From NCBI GenBank assembly GCA_000934665.2, contig KZ538090.1, positions 114,493-134,492 on the forward strand: a stretch of DNA of 20,000 nucleotides. Direction: 5' to 3'. The position numbers and the translations under genes were made by a program. Below the pieces are notes generated by a model. That model saw nothing but the letters and a program-made list of their open reading frames with translations, was not told the DNA's origin and did no database searches. The stretch's first letter is position 1. Each line of letters starts with the position of its first letter. This DNA comes from Catajapyx aquilonaris (Eukaryota). Below, one piece after another: positions 10,831-20,000 of the stretch.

Positions 10831-12040
10831 ATGAAGTCTAACCATGTGTCAGTGTCAGTGCCACAGCAAAAGTCATCTGGCATTGGTTGTCCATGCTGCT
10901 GCTGTTGTTGCACATGTCTTAACACTGGATTCTTGAAGACCACACCCGGAATTTTGAAAATTGTTCAACTGGTGAGTACTTCTTCCAGTGTGTGTGCATG
11001 TTAATACAATGAACACGTACGGGTACAAGCACACAAGTGATGATTATAAAGGGCCAGCTGCATGATCAATAGTAAATCCAGCAAGTGATTAAAGTGAATA
11101 ATTAGGATCAACTATTTGTTATGGATTTCCACCATGCAACCAGCACTAAAAGTAATAAATGTTGAGAAAAGATATGCACAGAAATGCCTTTTCCCACATT
11201 TTCACTGCAGGTAACTTTTTTTGACAGTTGAACTTCTGGTTTGATCAGTGTTTGCTTCATTTGGCTCATGGTACCCCTGATAAGTGTGCAATAATGCCCC
11301 CTTATCATGGAAATAAAACCATTTTATTATGCCTATGGACGATGACAGTTGCAATATGACATCATAAATTTGCATTTGTTTTCTCTGGGAGATTCTTACA
11401 TTTTCCTCATTCTCAAAATTTAATAAACAATAATCTGAGATTTCTAAAGAAGCACCCCAATAATTAGCATCATGGTCATCTCATTAATCTAATAGAAGAT
11501 ATTCCTTCATAGATTCTGGGAGGCATGTGCCAAAGTCTGCTTGTCAAGTATGGAATGGGCTATTCAGCTGTAATTGGCAGCTCATATTCAACTTTCCTGA
11601 CTACCGCTTCAGCTTGCCTGATGACAACTTCTGTTCTCCTCTTCTGCTACTTAATATCAGACAGATCTCATGGTCTCATCAGGAATTCAAATTTTGTAAG
11701 TATTAATATAATGAATAGAATTGCGTACACTGTTAATTCTTTCCGACATTTTAGGAGGTCATTTTCAATGCCGTGGCATGTGCTTTGTACTTGGGAGCAT
11801 CCTCGTTCCTGTCCTTCTCAGTCAATGTGTTCCTCTGGCCACTTTACATCATAACACCTTTCTTCCAAGTGTATCCAGCTATGACAGCTTGCTATGTGAG
11901 TGTAACCACATTAGATCTAAATTACCTCATGGTATATTTATATTTAATTTTCTCGCCCATAGGTGATGGGTTTAGTGGTTGGAATTCTGCATGGAGTGGA
12001 TGCATATTTTGCATATAAGCAGATCAAGAGTCTCTGCTAG
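10831..12040 (+). CDS. sing: Protein singles bar (MARVEL-domain myoblast fusion protein, 180 aa)
   Basis: Exons 10831-10971, 11513-11695, 11755-11895 and 11963-12040; GT-AG, phase 0. Recognised motifs: Cys-rich CCCCTC..FLKTTPGILK, ILGGMCQSL, FLTTASACLMTT, ITPFFQVYPAMTACY and GILHGVDAY. Confidence 0.92.
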
Positions 12041-12179
12041 TAAGAGAATGGATTTGAAGACATAATGCCCAGATGACAACAGGCACATCTCTCAAATTGG
12101 AATGTCACGTGTGTAGTGACGGGAAGACAAATTTTTCAGAAATGCTCAGGGGAATAACTTTTTTATAAGTAGCGCAATA

Positions 12180-12185
12180 TTTATT
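12180..12185 (-). terminator. Candidate polyadenylation signal of CAD
   Basis: TTTATT on + equals AATAAA on -, about 305 nt past the CAD stop codon. Confidence 0.5.
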
Positions 12186-12491
12186 TCATGGCACTTGACA
12201 ATTGTCATATTTTCTAACAGGTAAAATCCATCACCTTATCCCAACAATCAAAATATATCTACGAACTCACAAAAGTCAGTGAGGAATGTTTGCTTTATGG
12301 CCACATTTGAATCATAGGCAATCACAGTGTTAGTCTTCTACAAACTAATATCAGTCTGCCCGCAAGTCTATGAAGATTCTACACCCTGCTGTTCCCAGTA
12401 ACATTGCATAACACTTACTAATGCCATGCATTTTTTGACTAATGAATACAATGGTCTATTTTAAAGAAGGTTCAAGCTGGACCCTACCTTT

Positions 12492-15400
12492 CTAGCACTT
12501 TCCCAAAACCATGGCCAGAAGAGCCATTCTAACATAGAGCCCATTGGCCACCTGCCTAAAATAAGCAGCCCGTGGATCTGTGTCAAAATCTGTGCTGATC
12601 TCGTTGACCCGAGGCAGGGGGTGCATGACTGCCATATTCCTCTTAGCACGAGTCATCAGTTGTGGAGTAACCACAAAATGACCACAAGCCTAAAAATACC
12701 ATAAAGATTAACTTTCCATGAAGGATTTTTTACATTTATACTGCTCGAGAAATAAATATTACCGATTGATAGCTCTCTTGCGACTCAAATCTTTCTTCCT
12801 GTATGCGAGTCATGTAGAGGATATCAGTATCCGCCAGAACCTCTTCCAGTGTATCAGCTGTGGACTGAACAGTGAAATTTTTTATTCCTGTATTCTTGTG
12901 AAAGGAGTCAAGACTTTGTAATGCAAAGATCTCATGTAGACATAGACACTCTTGATAACTTGACACTTATCTTCTAGCAATTTCACAACAGTTGTGCCAG
13001 CACACTAGGATATGATGTATTGTGACACAACGTACCCCTCAGACTTTCAAGTAACACTTACTATGGTGCATGTGCCTTTGGACCTCACATGTTCCAGAAT
13101 GTGTTCTGGCATCCCCAATCCAGGAGGGTGCACTAAGATCAAGTGCACATTATACAACGTCAGAAGCCTGAAATTGTAAAGTAAATGATACAACTGACAG
13201 GAAAAACTGCTAAAGATACAATAATTAAATTCATACTTAGCCAAGGAGTGAACAGTTCTGCCATGCTTCAAGTCTCCAACCATAGTGACAGTCTGTCCAT
13301 TGACTGTGCCCATCTCTTCCCTGATGGTGAATACATCCAAAAGAGCTTGGGTTGGGTGCTCTCCAACTCCATCTCCAGCATTCAGGACTGGAATTTTGCA
13401 CACTTGATGGGCAGACTGCAAGAAACAGTACATGCACGTCTGTGTGTCTGGGGCATACAAGTTATGCATACTACTCACATTAGCTGCACCAGGATCTGGG
13501 TGTCTCAACACTAATACATCACCAAAGGCACTCACAGTCCGTATTGTGTCTGGGGGAGGAGAAAAAATATTTTAGTCAAGACGTAACTCTATAAGGATGC
13601 CTACCTTTATATCCAGCGATGAAAGGTGTTCAAAACTTAAAAATAACTGTCACTATCACACTTACAATGTTCCTCATTGTTTTGTTGTAAAAAAGGACAT
13701 TTGCCTACTCTTAAATTCAAGGATTCAATTTTCACAATCGAGTCAAACACTTCTTTCCATACGTCTGGTAGACAGAGATCAGGAAATTGAGCCTTTCTGT
13801 ATACATGTGGCATACGCTCTACCCTTCGTCTGGGAAATGAGAAAATTTTCCATATTCTCCAACACGAACTTCGACTGAAAATGCATTGATATCCCATGGT
13901 AAGGCCCTGCCTGCACTTCGAGTTATGGAGAACTTCGAGTTATAGAAATTCGAGTTAGGGAAGTTTATTTCCTATTCTTTTACATTGTCACCAACCAAGC
14001 TCATCATTTTCTTCGACTTATAGAGAACTTCCACTTAGGGAAGTTCGACTTATGTAAGCTTTACTACTGTATCATGATTGCTTGTTTATTTTTTATACCC
14101 CATTGGGAGAATCTGCGCTCCATTAGGGTGGTGGAATACCACCATTGGATGGGGCCAAGGATAGGGAAGGAAGGAAGTGACTGTGGCCTATTGTGTGGAA
14201 GTGATCCCGGAATTGTCCTGGGCGGGCTGTGGAAAACCACAGAAAACCATGGTCAGGATTGCCTGCCCGGGAATCGAACCCAGGACCTCCCGATTAGCAG
14301 TCTGGCTCCTTATCCCCACACACCAACCTGCTTTGGTACAAAACCAAATATCATGAAGAATAATTTGTAAATGAGAATTTTCCTTCCCCTGCCAGACTCC
14401 AATATAAATTTATTATCCATCTTTCCCCACCAGTAATAGAGCCAGTTCTATGATAAAATGCATGTGATCATGACCTGGCAAAACTTGGCTGGTATTAAAG
14501 GAAAGGAGCTCACTGCATTAAACTTTTCGTATGTTATTGAATGCATTGCAAGGGTATGGTACTTCAGTCAGTAACATCAATAAGTACCAGTTTCCAAAGT
14601 GAGAGAACAGCATAATTACCTTCTAGTGTTTCTCCTTTTTGAACTGAAGAACTCCTCGAGTCAATATGAATCACGTTTCCACCAAGTTTGTACATAGCAG
14701 ATGCAAAACTGCAACTGGTTCTAGTGCTCACTTCATAGAAGACTGATGACATGACCTTCCCCTGTGACAAAATGACTCAATTATTTTGGCATAAAACTAA
14801 AAGACAATTTGGTATTACAGTATCAAGCATAATGAGGATGGATTTTTCCAGCCTGATAAATCTGTACGATTGACCACCAGATGAACATCAGTGAAAAATT
14901 CATGACATTCTCCCCGTGTTCCCCTTCCACCCATGAGCGGCATGTACCTCTAGGATATTGGTCCTCCTCTCCTTCTTCAGTAATTCAGCATGGTGGAACA
15001 CTGCATTCAACTGCTCCTTTGTGAACATGTCCACAGAGAGGATAGATTTTCCTTGTAATCCATGGGAACCACCAAGCCCACCACCAACTGTACCAGCAAA
15101 AGGAGACACAGGGCGTAAACCATCTCCTCTCACCCGGAAGTCTTCTGACAGCCTTTCACTACTCAGGGCTCTTATGCCTAATTCAGTAAGCATGGTGGAA
15201 TAAATGCCTGGAAATACAACAAACACTGCTTTGTAAGCAAAAAATTAATGCTATGCTAAGAATTTCATCATAAATCTATTTTACTCGACCCATTTGACCA
15301 CCTACAAAAATTGTCATATCATCATCATCATCATTGAATCTAATGTTTGCTGGCAGATTTATCAAAAGATGTGGGGCACCTTATCAAGGCAAGTGATTGG

Positions 15401-16606
15401 GACCTAGGGTAAAACTGGTGAAGTTGAGGAATAATCACATGTTTCCATGGGCATGCAAAGTTGTCTCTGGCAGAATTTGGAATATGTACTAACCTCACTC
15501 TCACTACACATGTGCAAAATTAACAATGAAACAGGAATCATCTCCCTTTATCTATTTCTTAAGATCCAATTTTATCTCATACATCAACAAAATCAAGCCA
15601 TGGAAACACCATCATCAATCTCCTGCTTCAACAGTTCACGTCCAGTTTCTTATCCCACTCACTAAGTCACGTTCCAAAGACATGCCAATTCCAGGAATCA
15701 ATTGCACAGTCCATTAACAAAACAAGCGGGTAGATCAGGCACAAGAAGTTTATACTACGAGACAAAGAACCAGTGGCACATTTTCTTTAGAGAGATTTAA
15801 AAGAAGTGTTCGGGATATGACAAAGAAAAATTTTCAATAAAAGTTATCATGCATGAGAAATTTGCAAAAGCAATAATGGGTTACTGTTAGTCTCTCGCTC
15901 TGCATCCACATGACGGTTAACTTGTGCAGCAGCTTCCCTGACCACAGTTGCAATCACAGGTGTCACTTGAGTCTTCTCCACTATAGGTGGTTCAGTGATG
16001 TTGATGTTCAAGGTGTCAACAGTCATCTCCCTCTGCCATTCCCGTACATCCTCCCCAAAACCAGCTGGTGCCAGGACCTATGACAATAATGATAATAATA
16101 AATCCTGTTATTTTAAGAAACTGTTAAATTTTTTGTTGCCGTGATAAATCCCTTAAATCGTCCCCTGGAATTAATTTTGCTTGTTTTGCAAATAGTACAC
16201 TTCATTCAAATTAGAACTCCCAAGAGGTAGTCAAAATTTCGGGTAACATCCTTGGTTCAATGTAATCTTTCCTCTACGTTAGTATTACCCACTAATAACA
16301 ATTTATGACCTGAGAAACAGTTCACATCTAAAAACAATGACAAATATTACTGTTGAGAATGAATTAGACCTCACTGGTCTCTGTATTTACCTCACCATCA
16401 ACATAGGCAACCTCTCCTCTAAGTACCACTCGGGTGACAGCCCCCTTAACTTTCATGCCTGCAAAGGGGGTCCACTTTGCCTTGCTGAAGTTGGTTGTGT
16501 CTGGAATGACCCACTCTTGCTCCATGTCCACTTCAATGTATGTATGAGGCTGTTCAGGTAGGTTAAAAATACGCTTTGGGTTGTGATGCAGCCTGCTGAC
16601 CAAGTC
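12492..16606 (-). CDS. CAD: CAD multifunctional protein (rudimentary), C-terminal 488 aa: end of dihydroorotase, linker and aspartate transcarbamylase; 5'-partial
   Basis: Exons in transcript order: 16606-16391, 16077-15885, 15207-14948, 14761-14620, 13549-13479, 13415-13237, 13167-13062, 12864-12763 and 12689-12492. All are GT-AG with consistent phases. Motifs: [96 protein letters not shown] and VRMALL. No upstream exon was found in 16607-20000. Confidence 0.97.
13916..14071. mobile_element. One end of a pogo/Tigger-like (Tc1/mariner) element or MITE
   Basis: Six copies of a TTCGA(G/C)TTA-type motif in two clusters of three, ending in ...TTTACTACTG|TA. No partner TIR was found. Confidence 0.55.
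14078..14337 (-). mobile_element. tRNA-derived SINE, Talua-like
   Basis: On the - strand: A-box-like TGGTGTGTGG, B box GGTTCGATTCC (GGAATCGAACC on +, about 14270-14280) and an A-rich tail near 14080-14097. The body GGAAGGAAG..GTGGCCTA..ATCCCGG..GGAAAACCAC..GTCAGGAT resembles polyneopteran Talua-type SINEs as I recall them. Confidence 0.8.
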
Positions 16607-16781
16607 CTGTGAAACAAAACGTGCCCATCCAGAATTATATTTAAAACAACATGATATAGGGTATTACTCCTAACAAATGGCAATATTCACAAATTGCTGA
16701 TAAAAAATAATTGCTTGGGTGAAGGAGAGGTAGAAAACAATTCTAACGTACGTTTTGGACACTATTTGTACAACCAATACA

Positions 16782-16801
16782 ACACACACACACACACACA
16801 C
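16782..16801. repeat. (AC)10 microsatellite
   Basis: Read directly from the sequence. Confidence 0.9.
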
Positions 16802-17241
16802 CTACATTGCATACATCATATAGGATCCAATTTCTTCACAAAACTAAGAATTTTAGAACTAAAACATAGTGTGTACCAAATGAGGTGTTGGTTTTTATTG
16901 GTGATGCAACAGGCTGGTTATTGTTAAACAGTTTCTTTAAGATTTTCTGAAAAATTAGCTGCTAAACACACATTATGTATTCTAATAATATTATTCTGTT
17001 AACAGGCAGCTCCTGCTCACCACCTGATCAAAATGGCACCCTACTGGCGCCACACCTAGGGGCCACTTAGACCACATTGTATCTTTTGCACAACAAATTC
17101 CGAAAGTAACATTGCACTACATTGGTTTCATGAGAGATAAAGATGATTATGGGCTAGAAAAAGTACATTTCAAGAGGGTGACTAAACAATAAACATAAAA
17201 TAATCTCTATATATAAATGTGAATATTTGTACATATGTATA

Positions 17242-17638
17242 CAGGGTGGTCCAACTTTTTTGTCCGATCAGTTATTGACAAATTCGGCCTAAGCTGCTTA
17301 TGTTGTAGTGCGTTACCTGGCAACTCCGGCCGGCGGGCCAATTCAAACATCAGCACATGGAGAGTGCTTAGATGAGCACCATGTCGCACCTCTCAGAGTT
17401 GGAGTATGTGCAGGTTCTCATGGTGCTCCTCTGCCACTGGGGCCAGGTTAATTGTGTATTATTAGAGCCCTGGAAGCTCTTGGCTTATAAAAATTTATAA
17501 ATTTTGTTAATACTCGTCTCCATGTGCTGATGTTTGAATTGGCCCGCCGACCGGGGTTGCCAGGTAACGCACTACAACATAAGCAGCTTAGGCCGAATTT
17601 ATCAATAGCTGTTCGGACAAAAAAGTTGGACCACCCTG
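17242..17638. mobile_element. Tc1/mariner-type MITE, 397 bp, with 122-bp TIRs
   Basis: TA|CAGGGTGGTCCAAC...GTTGGACCACCCTG|TA. TIRs 17242-17363 and 17517-17638 differ at 5 positions, with a TA target duplication. Confidence 0.93.
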
Positions 17639-17860
17639 TATTTATTTATCACGCCTAATTAAGCCACTTCCTGGGTACGCAGAGCGCTGAAATTTCTTCC
17701 ACCCATGCCTTACCTATCGGTGAACCTGGGAAAAGTCCCAAAACCGCACTTTTTTGAGTCTAAGGGCGGTTTTCAGCAGCCTTTCCAATTGTCTAGCAAC
17801 CTTCGCTGACAACAAGCCAAAAGGAAGGATCTGCCTGTCTCACTCATGTCAGGGAGCATA

Positions 17861-18157
17861 TACTACATAAGAGGCGCTAACATTCGATTTTTGCGTCTCT
17901 CTGTTTTGGGCGTGTTGCCAAGGCTGGCGGCCATTTTGAATTGTGTGCAACGCCAACGAGGTATAAATAGGGTACAGGCAGGCCATCAAGGTCCGCCATC
18001 TTTGATGGTTTTGGCTGCCATGGCAATACATGGCAATAACAATTTACTTACCCATTCCAATATCGAATTAAATTCACGTGTGTTCTTGCCGTGTAGTTGC
18101 CATGGCCGCCAAAACCATCAAAGATGGCGGACATAAGTTTGCGCCTCTTATGTAGTA
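17861..18157. mobile_element. About 295-bp MITE with 21-bp TIRs and internal 52-bp palindrome
   Basis: TACTACATAAGAGGCGCTAAC and GTTTGCGCCTCTTATGTAGTA (1 mismatch); internal arms at 17991-18041 and 18081-18132. Confidence 0.8.
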
Positions 18158-18411
18158 GGCGTATTCGGCAATTCAGATTTTTCTGAGATGCGTCACGTGA
18201 TATCCGAGTTGTTAGCCCCGCCCCTCAGAAGATTATTGCCGAACGGCCGAACTGAGAGACCCTCCTACCCGCCATTTGTGCTGCATCCCAGTGATGCTAA
18301 TGTTCGGGTATTTCGGTGCCATATTTCGGACGCTTGCGGGTAATGGTGCGGGTAAAATGAAAATGCTGGTAAAATCGGGTATTTTCAGGTCCTCTCGCGG
18401 GTTTTTTTGGG

Positions 18412-18594
18412 CATTTCGCATTGGCAACATTGCTGCATCCATAACACGAATTTGTTGTCCGCCATGTTTCTCAGCAAGTAAGTCAGGTCAGGAGTACACT
18501 AACTCATTTTGCATTGGCAACACTGCTGCATCCATAACAATAATTTGTTTGTTAATTGTTTCTCAGCAAGTAAGTCAGGTCAGGAGTACACTAA
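18412..18594. repeat. Two-copy tandem duplication, period about 93 bp
   Basis: GCATTGGCAACA(T/C)TGCTGCATCCATAACA...TGTTTCTCAGCAAGTAAGTCAGGTCAGGAGTACACTAA occurs starting at 18418 and at 18511. Confidence 0.92.
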
Positions 18595-19654
18595 GTTCCT
18601 GCGCTTGGGAAGTCAGGTAGGGTGCATGCGCACTTACTTCAGGGGGCGTGGCACCTGATTTGCCGAACATCCAAACAGCCCAGGAAGTCAGATTCCTGAA
18701 TTGCCGTATACGCCTAGTATATGCTCCCTGCTCATGTTCTAAAATAATCAACATTGCATATTCAACAATGAAAACAATAGAACAACGGGCAGGTTGGCAA
18801 GAATAATTGCAGTACACAGCAGTCATAGGGTATTGTAACAACGGTTGGAGTACTTCGGGGAGTGCCAAGATCAGCAGTACCGAACAATACAGTACTGTAC
18901 AGTACACATCGATGGAACCTGCCACAAGGCAAAAGGAAATACAAAAGGGGAGCAGGTATACGTTCGTGTGTTTGGTCTCGGATGCGTTCATGTTTAGATT
19001 GTGTTATCATCAAACATTTCAAAAAATTATGATACAAAATTTTCAAATGTAATTTTAAAACGGGGGTTAATGTGAAACAGCGTAAAATGGAGCGGGGTAT
19101 AACGGGTGCTTCCCGTGTAGGAAATCTTTCTTGGCAGCTTCACAACCAGCAGGCTATCATAATTTTCAATTGATCATTGTGATTTTGTTTATGGATCATC
19201 ATTTCCGTGCTCTGGACATGTGATAGGAGACATGGCAAAGGATACAACGAACATGGTAATAATTTTTCCCCGGGTCGTAAATAAAAAGCGCAAAATCAGA
19301 CATTTGCGTTTCCTGGTGTTCTGAAATAGGTCGCCTGGTTTTGATAATGGCCTACGGACTTATTGCAGTATGATTTACTGCGACCTGTGCTTATGAAAGG
19401 GCTCCCAAGGCTCCCCATGAGGATACAGGTAGTACCCGTTTTATGCTGGAAATTGGTTCCCGCAAAACGCGGCGTAAAATGAAAAGACATAAAACGAGAC
19501 AAAATTATAATGGAAATAAATTAGATAGGTTCCAAGATTTCCAAAAATTTCCCTGATACAGTTCTTAAATTGCAGTTTTTAATGCCGACTATTTCAAACA
19601 TTTATAATTCACGTTTAAGAGCGCGCTCTAGGCTACGCTATTCATTGTTGCGGG

Positions 19655-20000
19655 TAGCCCGTCGCGGGCCGGCCCGTGAGTTTGACACTTCTTCCTCTCG
19701 CTGTCACGGCCGCAAATATGGAGGTATCGGCATGAAACTGGAGTATATGGACGCGAAAGAGTTGCACTTTGAGATGGTGCGCTTATTTTTCTCCTGGGGC
19801 GATATTTGCGGCCGCCGCGGCCAGATACAGTTTTTTATTTTGACCCGCAATAACTTCTTTCCATGTCGGTACCAGTGAAATTCGAGGCTGTCACGACCTT
19901 TGGACGGCGAATTACCGTAAGTGTGTGAAAGGGCACGAGTGTGGCAGTCTTGGTTTGGCCAAACTTTGGGATCGAAAATACCCCCCTCCATGAACAATAA
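19655..20000. mobile_element. Probable DNA-transposon remnants
   Basis: GCGGGCCGGCCCGTGAGTTTGACAC (about 19663-19688) resembles a hAT/Charlie-type terminus. There is a 13-bp inverted repeat CGGCCGCAAATAT (19707-19719 and 19802-19814), and the region is CpG-rich relative to host introns. Confidence 0.4.

Larger units (their letters stand above)
17850..18730. mobile_element. Non-autonomous TIR transposon with 7-bp TSD (P-like or hAT-like); left TIR interrupted
   Basis: CTCATGT flanks both ends (17843-17849 and 18731-18737). The right TIR 18696-18730 (35 bp) matches the left TIR rebuilt from 17850-17865 plus 18158-18176, with one mismatch. Confidence 0.85.
17204..19120 (+). mobile_element. Possible non-autonomous Helitron hosting later insertions
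   Basis: A|TCTCTATATATAAATGTGAAT..TTTGT..TATTTATTTATCACGCCTAA..GCTGAAATTT (after removing the MITE) resembles insect Helitron 5' ends. The candidate 3' end is the hairpin ACGGG-TGCTT-CCCGT followed by GTAG, not the canonical CTAG|T. Confidence 0.4.

Noticed and set aside
12865..13076. GC-AG intron option in CAD (AAG|GCACAT to the acceptor at 12888)
   Set aside because: The canonical GTAAGT donor at 13061 and TTCAG acceptor at 12865 give a frame-consistent join closer to normal ATCase spacing.
13637..13897. Minus-strand ORF as a pogo transposase C-terminus
   Set aside because: Only vague similarity; no DDD motif or other diagnostic residues.
14260..14337. tRNA gene
   Set aside because: A and B boxes are present but there is no intact cloverleaf, and the sequence continues into a SINE body.
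17034..17066. Two CTCF-like motifs
   Set aside because: Both deviate in the core GGGGC/GTGGC positions; no further support.
17846..19997. Several 60-138 aa ORFs in the large CAD intron
   Set aside because: They overlap palindromes and repeats and show no recognisable domain or exon structure.
1..20000. CRISPR array or prokaryotic operon/defence system
   Set aside because: The spliceosomal gene structures are eukaryotic, and there is no repeat-spacer array.

Overview
Eukaryotic genomic DNA, most likely from an insect (a Talua-like tRNA SINE suggests a hemimetabolous lineage). The + strand carries a tandem cluster of three intron-containing MARVEL-domain membrane protein genes. These are a CMTM4/plasmolipin-like gene (2598-5195), a second MARVEL gene (8179-9626) and singles bar (10831-12040). 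All three share the same four-exon, phase-0 layout. The 3' part of CAD/rudimentary lies tail-to-tail with them on the - strand (9 exons, 16606-12492; end of dihydroorotase, linker, ATCase). CAD introns hold a SINE, a pogo/Tigger-type end and a nested stack of non-autonomous DNA transposons (17.2-19.1 kb). The most notable observation is absent from the ORF track: a duplicated exon 3b (9278-9415) in the second MARVEL gene. It is homologous to exon 3a and separated from it by an intron that folds into a long stem-loop, so it is a candidate mutually exclusive exon swapping TM3 and the second extracellular loop. Family assignments come from motif recognition only; no database searches were run.
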